Of a stretch of DNA of 64,000 bases, positions 49,586 through 59,659 are shown piece by piece. The notes beneath the pieces were generated by a model that saw nothing but the letters and a program-made list of their open reading frames with translations, was not told where the DNA came from and searched no databases. The stretch's first letter is position 1; each line of letters starts with the position of its first letter. The position numbers were made by a program, and so were the translations under genes. Location of the stretch: positions 182,148 to 246,147 of the IMG/VR virus record IMGVR_UViG_3300042922_000542. One strand, 5' to 3'.

Positions 49586-49597
49586 AACAAATTCTTA
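49586..49597 (+). promoter_or_regulatory. late promoter AACA-N6-TA (endolysin)
   Basis: AACAAATTCTTA. Confidence 0.7.
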
Positions 49598-49619
49598 AAA
49601 TTATAAATAGGAGGTACTT

Positions 49620-50660
49620 ATGTCAATAGTAAAGAATTTAGGATTCAGAGAAAGCCCTAATCATTTAAAAGGTCGTGGAAAATGGGATAATAAAGCCGAT
49701 GTTATTGTTATGCATGTTACTGAAGGTGCATTCATTGGCGCATGTGATTGGTTATGCAATCCTGCATCACAAGCTTCTGCAACTTTTGTTACATCACAAA
49801 AGGGTGAATTTCGTCAATTAGTCGATTTAAAAAATATGGCATGGTGTAATGGGAATAGTCCAGAAACAATTCATGAAGCAACTAATAGTATTGTTAAGGC
49901 GCGTCCAAATGACAATGCGAATCTATATAGTTTCTCAATTGAAAATGAAGGATGGTCATATAAAGGTAATTATGGTATACCTACAGAAGCACAAATGGAA
50001 GCAATATATACAGTTTGTAAAATAATTGTTGATTATATTTTAACATATAACCCTACATGGAGAGCTTCTAGAGAAAATATAATAGGACATTGTCATATAC
50101 GTAAGATTGAAAAACCATCTTGCCCTACAGCAAATTATGGAGAAAAATTTCCATTTGATAAAATAATCAATGAAATCAATCTATATATTGATAAAAAGCT
50201 TGGAGTTACAACACCACCAATAGAAGTGATTATTCCATCTACACCTAAACCTATAGATACAGTGGCTGCTGCAGGTATGAAGGTGGGAACATTTGTTAGA
50301 GTTCGTAATGGTGCTAAAACATACAGTGGTGGTAGGGTAGCATCATTTATTTATCAAAATAAATATCCAATATCAGTATATAGTGGTGATAGAGTTGTAT
50401 TGGACAAAGATGGAATATGTACACCATTCAATGTAAAAGATTTATATATTGATACAATTATCGAGAAAAAAGAATTTAAAATAGGCAGCTACGTTAGGAT
50501 TAAAAAAGGTGCAATGTGGAATACTAATCCACCAAGAGCTGTACCAGAATGGGTTCGAAACAGTGTCCATATAATCGATGAACTAAAAGGTACCAGGGCT
50601 TTAATAGATAAGAAAGGTATTTGTAGTCCAATTGATATAAAATATTTGACGTTGGAATAG
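49620..50660 (+). CDS. N-acetylmuramoyl-L-alanine amidase (Amidase_2) endolysin with two C-terminal cell-wall-binding repeats
   Basis: IVMHVTEG, AWCNG, SIENEG, IGHC, CP; repeats KVGTFVRV.../KIGSYVRI... Confidence 0.88.
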   Translation: MSIVKNLGFRESPNHLKGRGKWDNKADVIVMHVTEGAFIGACDWLCNPASQASATFVTSQKGEFRQLVDLKNMAWCNGNSPETIHEATNSIVKARPNDNANLYSFSIENEGWSYKGNYGIPTEAQMEAIYTVCKIIVDYILTYNPTWRASRENIIGHCHIRKIEKPSCPTANYGEKFPFDKIINEINLYIDKKLGVTTPPIEVIIPSTPKPIDTVAAAGMKVGTFVRVRNGAKTYSGGRVASFIYQNKYPISVYSGDRVVLDKDGICTPFNVKDLYIDTIIEKKEFKIGSYVRIKKGAMWNTNPPRAVPEWVRNSVHIIDELKGTRALIDKKGICSPIDIKYLTLE

Positions 50661-50661
50661 A

Positions 50662-50697
50662 AAAATAAAGGGAGTCCTAAGAGACTCCCTTTATTTT
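50662..50697. terminator. bidirectional terminator
   Basis: AAAATAAAGGGAGTC/GACTCCCTTTATTTT. Confidence 0.85.
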
Positions 50698-50699
50698 AT

Positions 50700-50900
50700 T
50701 TAAAATTTATAAGGAATGCCAGTCATGCGTTCAAATTCATCATCACTTATTTTGCCACTACTGCGATACTCTTGTAGATGATCAGCTCGCTCTAATGGTA
50801 AATATGTATTTTGAATTATCTGCAGAGCTGCTTTTTCAGCATCGGTTAGATCAGATCTAGTGCTGAAATCCACATAGTAATCTGCTGGGTTGTATTTCAT
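50700..50900 (-). CDS. small hypothetical protein
   Basis: GGAG SD; C-terminal GKISDDEFERMTG resembles XkdX-like small tail proteins. Confidence 0.6.
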   Translation of the reverse strand: MKYNPADYYVDFSTRSDLTDAEKAALQIIQNTYLPLERADHLQEYRSSGKISDDEFERMTGIPYKF

Positions 50901-50904
50901 AATG

Positions 50905-51630
50905 TTATTCTCCCTGTATTATTTTTTTAAATTCGGTATAATCTTTATTTACTATTTTTAGATATTTGACAAATGTTGTATTACTCTTCATCAGTTCTTC
51001 CTTGATCTTATCCTTCTCTCTACTATCTTTATTAATGTTTAATGCTGACCCATCATCCTTAATTTCAATCTCCATATTTAATGATGGTATGAAAAAATCA
51101 GGTATATAAAAACGATCCTTATCCCCATATTTATAAGTGTATATATGCGGCGATGGGGCTAGAATATCAGATGATGTCCAGTTTAATATTGTATCTAAAT
51201 ATTTTAAGAAATCTAGTTCATATGATCCAGTATAATTAAAATAGCCAGAACCATCACTCCACTTATAACTTCCACTTATTTTACGATTAGCCAACATTTC
51301 TTTTTGTTTTTCTGGATCATCCAATAAATGAATTTTTCCATATCTAGATATCATTCGATTTTTAAATTGTTCTCTGTATTGTTGTTTACATGCCGGATTA
51401 TTGCAAAATCTCGAATACTTCATTGTCTGTTCATTGAAGTCGGTGGTACTTTTACACATTACACATGAACCATGATCTTTACCCGTTAATAAAAAATAAA
51501 ACCATTGATAGCCCGTCAGATCAGGTCGTATTAAATTTTTATGTTTTAATTCATAATGTTGACCCATCTTTCGTTTATCAGAATTAGTATATTTACAGAA
51601 TTGACATCTGTACACTTTCACTTTTACCAA
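50905..51630 (-). CDS. Zn-finger PD-(D/E)xK nuclease (TnsA/T4 gp4 head-completion-like)
   Basis: C2H2 (CQFC..HYELKH), CVMC..FC..C, SYE, YIPDFFIPSLNMEIEIK. Confidence 0.75.
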   Translation of the reverse strand: MVKVKVYRCQFCKYTNSDKRKMGQHYELKHKNLIRPDLTGYQWFYFLLTGKDHGSCVMCKSTTDFNEQTMKYSRFCNNPACKQQYREQFKNRMISRYGKIHLLDDPEKQKEMLANRKISGSYKWSDGSGYFNYTGSYELDFLKYLDTILNWTSSDILAPSPHIYTYKYGDKDRFYIPDFFIPSLNMEIEIKDDGSALNINKDSREKDKIKEELMKSNTTFVKYLKIVNKDYTEFKKIIQGE

Positions 51631-51756
51631 CCACCTTTTTAATAAAATAAAAATAACGATATAATTATGATCGTATCAAATACATTTTATAATAAATGTA
51701 TATTATACCGAAGAGTAATTAATAATGTAAAAAATCAATGAAGGAGATATGAAAAT

Positions 51757-54351
51757 ATGAAAACATTTAATATGTGCAATTTGAATCAATCAATATTGCC
51801 ATTAATCCAAAAAGGTAACACACTAAAATATGAAATTATTAAAAATAAAGTATTTTCGAAACCTATTAACAAATCAGAAATATCACTGTTTAAAAATTCA
51901 CTAGATGCTTTTCTTAATGAATGGACAGGATACACTGTTGAAATTAAGAATGCATTGATCGATGCAAAAAATATTGAAGCAACTGCTGGTAATCGAGTAT
52001 TAGAATATGATTATGCCAAAAAATTTATATTTAGTAAATGCGACTATGAATCAGTTTATGATTTACTGGATGGTATAATGCAAGGGATTAATGACAATAA
52101 TATGCAGAAGCCATCCCATGTGAAGTTATATTTTCAACACATGCTCGATATGGCATTCAAAACAGAATCAACTTCAATTAGTGAATTGATTGATTCACGC
52201 TCTTATAAGATCTTTAATTTATATTATTCAAATATAAATTTATATGAGATAAAAATGTTTAACAGTATCCGTACATATGATGATATGTTTAATAGAGAAG
52301 ATCGAATTGACATATATAAGTCAGCATGTGATGTATTGGATATTATACTTAAATCCGATTTACAAAAGCCTCTCCATAGTGCTATGGGTAAATTTGCGGA
52401 TCAGTATAATTCATCAAAAATGTGGACTGCAATAATATCTCATGTTATAGATTATATCATCTATACTGCTGCTGAATATGCATCTAGAATATATGTTATT
52501 GGTACATATATAAATACGTTTAAAGGTCCATCAGTGGTTACTGAATCTACGAATAATACTATGATTGGATTAGATTCAATGGAAGTATCTGAAGATGTCA
52601 GTGCAGGTGATCTTTCTAGTATATGTAAAACTACTGATGAATTATTAGTTCGTGATATTAATGAAAATTTAACAGTGTTTGGCCGCTATAATGAATTCTT
52701 AACGTTAATCGGAGTTCAAAACATATCACCAGACAATATACATCAAATAACACCAAATGAGAATAATAAAATAATAGATAGCATTAAGTATAATGATGTT
52801 ATTAAATTAATACAATCTGCATATTTTAATGGTGAGGACTATTATGGTCAAAATAATAAATTAAATGAGTTTCATCATAATTTAAAGTATTTATTGACAA
52901 ATCCATTACATGGATTGGCTAGTAGTGAAAATCCAAAAAATGAAATATTACATTTAATTCGTAAAAATGATTATTATGGTCAGCCTAAGACTATTGCTAC
53001 ATACACAAAATTGGCTGAAGATTTATATTATGCAAGTATATATTTATCCAGAATAATTATTCAAGCAATGAATGAACTCAGGACGGTATCAAATGTAGTA
53101 TCAAATACAAATGATATAAACCCTCGTTTGCCAAGAAGAAATGGAGGAATTAATCTAATCGGAGAGAAAAAACATATCGACGAATGTTCATCTTTACTTT
53201 TAGGGCTATATAAAGAATTAATGGTGGCAGTGCATCAGAAATTTATGTATATCGAGTCATGTATAAATAATATTCATAATATCAATAATAAAGATTTGGA
53301 AACTAAATTTGATTTAAATGATCCAATTATATCTAATCGAGAATTAGCCGGTATAACGTCAATAGCTGTACCAGAAACATTAAGAATTCCAATGAGCTCA
53401 CAGGATCTATTTGTATTGACTACATTTGAAGAAGCTTGTTTAGAAAATGAAATTCTTAGATTAACACCTGGATTCGAAAATAGTTTATATTTAAGCGAAG
53501 CTGGTGGTTCAAAAATTATTGAAATGGTGATCAGTTTAGTGCAAGGATTGACTAACTCAGCATCAATATTTTTCTTTAAGAATTTTAAACCTGCTTCACA
53601 ATGGGTTATCAAAAATAAAGATACCCTATTGAAAATGAATTTTTCTAAAGATGATACGATATCAAATGTATACAAATATAATTTAGATATTAAATCTGAT
53701 GATACAATAAATGGAATAAGTATTAAACAATTACGTGATACATTAAAGAATTTTAATGAAGAAGAAGTTGCTAAAGATCCAGGTAAATGGATATCATCAT
53801 TATATCCAAGTGAAGAAATATACGAGTGGTTTAAAGCTGATGAGAAAACTGCAGCAATAAAATATCAGAATAAAATATTATTTGGTACAGATTCGGATAA
53901 GCCAACTGCACGAATAGAATTATCTGGAGCTGAATTGAAAACTGAATTTGATTCATGGGTAAATGATATGACGCATGCTGATACAATTGCAAAATTATTG
54001 GTTGACTATGCTAAAGCTATCGATATAGCTATCAAAGATATTAAAAAGAAAGCAATAGTTGAATCTGCTATAATTGAAGCAACCGGTGATGAACCACCAA
54101 TAATGGATACAAATGATAAAAAGGATCCGAATAATAAAGTAGATGATCCTAAAGTACAGATAAATGGAAATGCATCAACCGTTCCATTGAACGAAATAAC
54201 ATCTGTCATTTCAAGAACATGGAAACCATTATTCAGTGGAATTATACAAATCTTTACTGATGAATATAAAAATATAAAGGCTATATATCAACAAAGCATA
54301 ATAAGTAATACTGATAAACAAGATGATGCTAAACAAAATACTCCTAAATAA
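51757..54351 (+). CDS. large putative virion (internal head) protein
   Basis: VTEST, YLSEAG followed by an amphipathic helix, IVESAIIEAT. Confidence 0.6.
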   Translation: MKTFNMCNLNQSILPLIQKGNTLKYEIIKNKVFSKPINKSEISLFKNSLDAFLNEWTGYTVEIKNALIDAKNIEATAGNRVLEYDYAKKFIFSKCDYESVYDLLDGIMQGINDNNMQKPSHVKLYFQHMLDMAFKTESTSISELIDSRSYKIFNLYYSNINLYEIKMFNSIRTYDDMFNREDRIDIYKSACDVLDIILKSDLQKPLHSAMGKFADQYNSSKMWTAIISHVIDYIIYTAAEYASRIYVIGTYINTFKGPSVVTESTNNTMIGLDSMEVSEDVSAGDLSSICKTTDELLVRDINENLTVFGRYNEFLTLIGVQNISPDNIHQITPNENNKIIDSIKYNDVIKLIQSAYFNGEDYYGQNNKLNEFHHNLKYLLTNPLHGLASSENPKNEILHLIRKNDYYGQPKTIATYTKLAEDLYYASIYLSRIIIQAMNELRTVSNVVSNTNDINPRLPRRNGGINLIGEKKHIDECSSLLLGLYKELMVAVHQKFMYIESCINNIHNINNKDLETKFDLNDPIISNRELAGITSIAVPETLRIPMSSQDLFVLTTFEEACLENEILRLTPGFENSLYLSEAGGSKIIEMVISLVQGLTNSASIFFFKNFKPASQWVIKNKDTLLKMNFSKDDTISNVYKYNLDIKSDDTINGISIKQLRDTLKNFNEEEVAKDPGKWISSLYPSEEIYEWFKADEKTAAIKYQNKILFGTDSDKPTARIELSGAELKTEFDSWVNDMTHADTIAKLLVDYAKAIDIAIKDIKKKAIVESAIIEATGDEPPIMDTNDKKDPNNKVDDPKVQINGNASTVPLNEITSVISRTWKPLFSGIIQIFTDEYKNIKAIYQQSIISNTDKQDDAKQNTPK

Positions 54352-54360
54352 TAATTGAGT

Positions 54361-54390
54361 AAATGGAGGGGTATTAATACCCCTCCATTT
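54361..54390 (+). terminator. intrinsic terminator
   Basis: AAATGGAGGGGTA/TACCCCTCCATTT. Confidence 0.85.
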
Positions 54391-54462
54391 TATTCTTTAA
54401 ATTAAATTATATATTCTTTATATATGAATAACATTTATCTATAGAAGAGAGGCTGATAGATT

Positions 54463-55869
54463 ATGGCAAAAGACGATATACTCGGAATGTATAATGAATT
54501 AATGAATGAAATTAATAATAGTAATATGATGAATTTTAATTCTAATAAAAAGCAGTATAATAATAATAAAAAATTTAATGACAATGATGAAGATACTGAA
54601 GTATTTATGACCAGTGAAGAAAAAGTAAAAGAGGAGCAAAAGGCTGATGAAATACTAGCAGATAAAAGGGGTTATGTACCAGGTGAAATAGAAGAGTCTG
54701 CAGTATTTAAAAGATACACCCAAAAGCGACAACATAAATACACTGCACAAGAAATGGAATTAATTGAAGACTCTTGTAGGAGGGTAATCGTTCACGACTA
54801 TGCGGAAAATGATTTCTATCATATCTCAGATGAAGAACGTTCGAAGCACGATCAATTGGCGGAGGTCGCAATAAAATTAGGTAGTGTTAAGCGTATATAC
54901 CGTCGTATAGACCAGTACATCGAGGCAATGCGAATAGTATATAAAGCATGGGATATTTTGGCAACAAGTAATTATCTACACACACGTGAAGAATTCTTTG
55001 GTTCAGTGGCATCTGGGAATATAGTATCCAATAGAATAATCCAACCTAAAATGAAACGAATCGATGATTATAATAAGGATAAAATAATTCAATATATTAG
55101 TGATGAAACTCTTGATCCGAAAGATCTATTACCTAATGAAGTGGATCCTTATGATCAGTTCTACACTGATGAAGAATATGAAGAGGAGCAAGCCAGATTA
55201 TTATCTTCTGATGAAATTGAATATATGATTAATTATGATGAAAACCATGCTGATGGAATGTCGATTAAAGACATTGATTGGAAATATATCAAGCAAAATG
55301 AATCTAGCTCATTCAATATTAAAAAGAAGAAGAAAAAATCGAAAAAGAAGATTAAAAAATCTGAAAAGAAATTGAGAGAGTCCGTATCAGCATTAGTATC
55401 AAAAATATCAAATGGTAATCATTATAAAACTTATGGTCATTCATTTGGATTAACTGAAGATATATTTAAAGAAATTAAAGAGAAATCTATATATGATGCA
55501 GTTAAGTTTAATGGTAGTTGGCAAGACAAAGACGCAGTTAAGATATATGATTTAGTTTTAACTGAGGCGATGTTAAGTGACCATCCAGATAATGAAAGGC
55601 ATATGACCTATGGTGATAAAGAACTTCAGACATTCTACAATACTATGGAAAGACATGGTATGAATACGGTTGAATTAAGACGTAGAATTAGTGGCGAGGC
55701 TCATACATATGATGTCGCAAAGCAGAAGGCTAATAGAAAAGAAAATAAAAGAATTGAATCTGCATTGATAAATCGTATTAATGGTTTATCTAAAGATCCT
55801 AAGTTTAAGAAACTTGTAACAAAAGCTGAAAAGAAATTGGATGAATACCGTAAGAATGAAAATGATTAA
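54463..55869 (+). CDS. hypothetical protein with acidic and poly-Lys tracts
   Basis: 468-aa ORF; KKKKKKSKKKIKK. Confidence 0.8.
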   Translation: MAKDDILGMYNELMNEINNSNMMNFNSNKKQYNNNKKFNDNDEDTEVFMTSEEKVKEEQKADEILADKRGYVPGEIEESAVFKRYTQKRQHKYTAQEMELIEDSCRRVIVHDYAENDFYHISDEERSKHDQLAEVAIKLGSVKRIYRRIDQYIEAMRIVYKAWDILATSNYLHTREEFFGSVASGNIVSNRIIQPKMKRIDDYNKDKIIQYISDETLDPKDLLPNEVDPYDQFYTDEEYEEEQARLLSSDEIEYMINYDENHADGMSIKDIDWKYIKQNESSSFNIKKKKKKSKKKIKKSEKKLRESVSALVSKISNGNHYKTYGHSFGLTEDIFKEIKEKSIYDAVKFNGSWQDKDAVKIYDLVLTEAMLSDHPDNERHMTYGDKELQTFYNTMERHGMNTVELRRRISGEAHTYDVAKQKANRKENKRIESALINRINGLSKDPKFKKLVTKAEKKLDEYRKNEND

Positions 55870-55872
55870 TAA

Positions 55873-55899
55873 AAATAGCGGTATAAAGTGCCGCTATTT
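55873..55899 (+). terminator. intrinsic terminator
   Basis: AAATAGCGGTA/TGCCGCTATTT. Confidence 0.65.
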
Positions 55900-55928
55900 A
55901 TAATTTAAATTTAAAGAGGGGTATAATA

Positions 55929-56450
55929 ATGAAAAATAATCAACTATTAATATTGATGCCGGATGGTATTAATAATGTTAAAGAAATATTTGAATCTACT
56001 AATACTGTAGGTCTTCATACTCTGTCAGAACATTATTGGGTAGTTAAAAGTGATCATGTTTCAAATTGTCATCTGTGTACTATTCCCGATATTATGATAA
56101 CTGAATTACAAGATCTGGACGACAATGATACATATTGTAATTTATTAGATACATATGGAAATGTAATGGTGAATAAATTTATACATCACGATATCGATGT
56201 AATAAAAGATAAGCTTGAAAAACTTATAAACTATTATTTGAAAACCATTTGTGAAACTGATACAACCGATATAATTATATTCAATGATATGAGTGGTTCT
56301 AAAGACTACATATATGACATCATCAATGAATGCTTCGGTCCCGCAGGAAGTAATTTAATAACTGATGTTGAAGAATGCGGCCTCAAAAAATGTTTTAAAT
56401 TTGCAAATTTTCATAATATACATAAGGTGAGTGCATATGAGAGAATTTGA
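55929..56450 (+). CDS. hypothetical protein
   Basis: 173-aa ORF with SD. Confidence 0.7.
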   Translation: MKNNQLLILMPDGINNVKEIFESTNTVGLHTLSEHYWVVKSDHVSNCHLCTIPDIMITELQDLDDNDTYCNLLDTYGNVMVNKFIHHDIDVIKDKLEKLINYYLKTICETDTTDIIIFNDMSGSKDYIYDIINECFGPAGSNLITDVEECGLKKCFKFANFHNIHKVSAYERI

Positions 56451-56892
56451 TTCATGCATAATCGATAGCGGGGATAATCATATATTAGTACTTAGAGATA
56501 CTTTTTCAACAGCAGTAATTACATTTAATAGAACTCAATGTGTTGAAACTCTTGGTGATGTACTAGTAAAAACTCATCTTACATATGAGAAAAACTTTGT
56601 TGTATACAATCAAACAATTGGCATGATTTCATCTATAGTTGAACATCCAGAGCATGAAGTATACAAAACATATTTTGATCCATTAAATGCATCTGAACAA
56701 TGGCTTGTCGAAGTAGAAGATGATCTTAAAATCTATAATATTGATAATGGCACTGAGCATATATACGTCACCTGGGATGAATATAACAGTATCGATGGTT
56801 CTCGTAAAGGTCATGTAAATACCTGTAAAAATAATATCAAATCGTTAATACAATTATTCACATATCGTAGACGCACCTGTAATACTATTTAA
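56437..56892 (+). CDS. hypothetical protein
   Basis: AAGGTG SD before ATG 56437. Confidence 0.7.
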   Translation: MREFDSCIIDSGDNHILVLRDTFSTAVITFNRTQCVETLGDVLVKTHLTYEKNFVVYNQTIGMISSIVEHPEHEVYKTYFDPLNASEQWLVEVEDDLKIYNIDNGTEHIYVTWDEYNSIDGSRKGHVNTCKNNIKSLIQLFTYRRRTCNTI

Positions 56893-56939
56893 TCTGTATA
56901 TTACCTTAATATAAAAATATTACAATATAGGAGGGTGTT

Positions 56940-57056
56940 ATGGATGAAAAAGGTATTGTGGTAATAACTGATCCGAATCCAATCGAGCAACCTGTTATCT
57001 ATGATCCTGAAAAGGAAATGGAATGGAATCCAGAAGAAGTTGATAAAGACGTTTAG
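56940..57056 (+). CDS. 38-aa acidic peptide (not in ORF track)
   Basis: AGGAGG SD; MDEKGIVVITDPNPIEQPVIYDPEKEMEWNPEEVDKDV. Confidence 0.6.
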   Translation: MDEKGIVVITDPNPIEQPVIYDPEKEMEWNPEEVDKDV

Positions 57057-57071
57057 AAGGAGGCCAATAAA

Positions 57072-57218
57072 ATGAATTACAATGATTTATTGATGCTGCC
57101 AAAACTTAACGGATGTACCATTATAGGAGATCGAACATTTGCTGACTATGGCATTGTGCCACTATCATCAAGTGACATAACCGAGATGCAATTGGAAATT
57201 TTTGGATATGTACTTTAA
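57072..57218 (+). CDS. 48-aa peptide resembling a tail-fibre repeat unit (not in ORF track)
   Basis: AAGGAGG SD; MNYNDLLMLPKLNGCTIIGDRTFADYGIVPLS. Confidence 0.6.
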   Translation: MNYNDLLMLPKLNGCTIIGDRTFADYGIVPLSSSDITEMQLEIFGYVL

Positions 57219-57223
57219 TGAAG

Positions 57224-57254
57224 TATTAGTGTGTGGGAGTCCCACACACTAATA
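57224..57254 (+). terminator. intrinsic terminator
   Basis: TATTAGTGTGTGGG/CCCACACACTAATA. Confidence 0.8.
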
Positions 57255-57285
57255 TTAATTTTTATAAATTATAGGGGTAAATTGT

Positions 57286-57588
57286 ATGACAAAGTTAAAG
57301 TTATTGAGAGATGAAACAAATGAAATTATGACGGAATCGGATTTAATAAAATACTTAGAAATCGGGCCTGCACCATCAAACCTCATTAATGCAATACGTA
57401 CATTAAATGATGTTATTACATTAACTAATGAGCTAATCGATGTGGTCAATAAATCAATTATAATTATCGATAAACAAAATCAGAATATAAAAGAATTAGA
57501 AGGCGAAATTAAAAAGTTAAGAGATGATTATGAAAGTAGAATTAATAAATTAGAAATTGATCATGTAACGAGGGATCTAAAATTTTAA
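57286..57588 (+). CDS. coiled-coil hypothetical protein
   Basis: 100-aa ORF with SD. Confidence 0.7.
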   Translation: MTKLKLLRDETNEIMTESDLIKYLEIGPAPSNLINAIRTLNDVITLTNELIDVVNKSIIIIDKQNQNIKELEGEIKKLRDDYESRINKLEIDHVTRDLKF

Positions 57589-57612
57589 AAAAAATAAACG
57601 GGAGACGTTAAA

Positions 57613-58230
57613 ATGGAAAATAAAATTATTGAATTATATACAGATGGGTCATCATTAGGAAATCCGGGACCATCTGGTTTAGGTTATGTAATTAGATATT
57701 GGGAATCTAAAAAAGAAGGGGAACCTCCAGTTGCAAATAATATCGAGGGAAGTCAGGGTTTCAAATTAAGTACTAATAATCGTATGGAAATTATGGCCGG
57801 CATATATGGAATTGAATATATATTGGAACTCATCTCTGTTAAAATGCTTAACGGTGTTGAAAAAATCCAGTTGTCTACGGATTCTAAATATTTTTGTGAT
57901 GCTGTAGTACGCGGTTGGTTAGATAAATGGCAACAAAATAATTGGATTACATCATCTCAAACACCTGTTAAAAATAAGGATCTATGGGAGAAAGTAGTAG
58001 CCGTTTTAAATAAACTTAAACAGCAAAATATATCTCTTAACATTAGTTATATTCCAGGTCACCAAGGTTACGAATTCAATGAGCTTGCTGACAAATTATG
58101 TACTGCGGCATCAAATGATAGTCAAAATCATATGATTGATGAAGTATATGAATCAACAATGAGTAAACCTGCATTCGGTGGTTATAAAAAATATAATAAC
58201 TATAATAATTATAAGAGCTATAATAAATAA
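57613..58230 (+). CDS. rnhA: ribonuclease HI
   Basis: YTDGSSLGNPGP, TNNRME, TDSKY, KNKDLW, GHQG..NELAD. Confidence 0.95.
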   Translation: MENKIIELYTDGSSLGNPGPSGLGYVIRYWESKKEGEPPVANNIEGSQGFKLSTNNRMEIMAGIYGIEYILELISVKMLNGVEKIQLSTDSKYFCDAVVRGWLDKWQQNNWITSSQTPVKNKDLWEKVVAVLNKLKQQNISLNISYIPGHQGYEFNELADKLCTAASNDSQNHMIDEVYESTMSKPAFGGYKKYNNYNNYKSYNK

Positions 58231-58293
58231 ATCAAGAATGATCTGGAATCTAAATATAATATAAAATATGATTTAATCAAGGGAGCCGAAAAT

Positions 58294-58770
58294 ATGAGTA
58301 TGATTAAAAGAAAAATATCTAAAGGAAATATCGAAGATTACGTCGGTGTAGTGAAAGAATTCATAGAAACATATGGCGGTGCAAATCAAAAGGAATCAGG
58401 ATTATATGGTGGCCTTGCAAAACCTGAATTAATATTAGCATCAAGAAAAGCTGAAAATCCTATTCGCATAATTGATAGAACTAATGATCGTGTATATTAT
58501 ATTACTATAAATGAAGTATCGAATACATATTTTGATACTGATGATGTAGTTTATACCATGTCCGATCTTGCCGCAAAACAATCTAAAGAAGTATGCCAAC
58601 GCCCCAGTGGTATCATAGAAGGTGATGGTGCTACAATGAATGTACATGTTAAATTATATAATGATGAAGATAAAATGAAGATGTCGAATATAATAACATA
58701 TGCCTTTAAGGGTGATGAAGATAATATTTTCATACAGTTATTATCAGGGATATTTATAGTACATGATTAA
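58294..58770 (+). CDS. hypothetical protein
   Basis: 158-aa ORF with SD. Confidence 0.75.
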   Translation: MSMIKRKISKGNIEDYVGVVKEFIETYGGANQKESGLYGGLAKPELILASRKAENPIRIIDRTNDRVYYITINEVSNTYFDTDDVVYTMSDLAAKQSKEVCQRPSGIIEGDGATMNVHVKLYNDEDKMKMSNIITYAFKGDEDNIFIQLLSGIFIVHD

Positions 58771-58777
58771 TATAAAA

Positions 58778-58808
58778 AAATAGATGGGGTTTTATACCCC
58801 ATCTATTT
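58778..58808. terminator. bidirectional terminator
   Basis: AAATAGATGGGGT/ACCCCATCTATTT. Confidence 0.85.
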
Positions 58809-58821
58809 ATTTTTTTTATAA

Positions 58822-59631
58822 TTAATATGCATAGAAATCCTGTTGGTCATCCAATCTAAGAGCGCATAAGTTAAACGGATTTATACGATTACCGTTCTTA
58901 TCAAACTTTAAACCTGCGCATCCAATATCAATGTTTATAAATTTTATATTCATAGATTGCCACGTTATAACTTCTGCACTATAATCTGATTTAATCGGTA
59001 ATTTACCATTCATAACTGGTGTATGCCCATGCACTATTATTTTACCGGCATAATTATCTCTCAATTTATTTAAATCAATATTGGCATCATATATAGGTTC
59101 CTTATTTTTATTAATACCTATTGTGCGGGCCCATGTAGATTGGTATAATAATAGATCTGGTCGGCAATTACTTGAAACAGTATTCGTTGGCATCGAATGA
59201 CATAACGTATATTCCACCCCATTAAGTTCAACTGACGCCTCAGCAATAAGGTCATTGAAAAATTCCCCAACTATCTTTTGTTCAAATATATCTATATGAT
59301 CTAATTCTTGAATTGTTTTATCCCCGCCATTATTTAACCATATTGATAGATGCGATGTTTTATTTTTAGGCATAGGCTTTTTATTAACGGCTGTTTCTAT
59401 TAATTCAAGTGAATCCATCATTAATAATTCATGATTACCGATTAACGTTGTGACATTACATTTAGATTTTAATTCAGTTATGTATTTAATGACACCCATA
59501 GAATCAGGTCCACGGTCGATATAATCCCCTAGAAATATTATATGATCTTCACTCTTTATGTCTAATTTATTAATCAATCTGATTAGTGTACTCAATTGAC
59601 CATGGATATCTCCTATTGCATATATCGCCAT
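58822..59631 (-). CDS. PPP-family Ser/Thr protein phosphatase (lambda NinI-like metallophosphoesterase)
   Basis: GDIHG, GDYIDRG, GNHE, HGHTP, NIDIGC. Confidence 0.92.
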   Translation of the reverse strand: MAIYAIGDIHGQLSTLIRLINKLDIKSEDHIIFLGDYIDRGPDSMGVIKYITELKSKCNVTTLIGNHELLMMDSLELIETAVNKKPMPKNKTSHLSIWLNNGGDKTIQELDHIDIFEQKIVGEFFNDLIAEASVELNGVEYTLCHSMPTNTVSSNCRPDLLLYQSTWARTIGINKNKEPIYDANIDLNKLRDNYAGKIIVHGHTPVMNGKLPIKSDYSAEVITWQSMNIKFINIDIGCAGLKFDKNGNRINPFNLCALRLDDQQDFYAY

Positions 59632-59659
59632 AAAATGACCCCCTTCTTTATTTTTTTAT

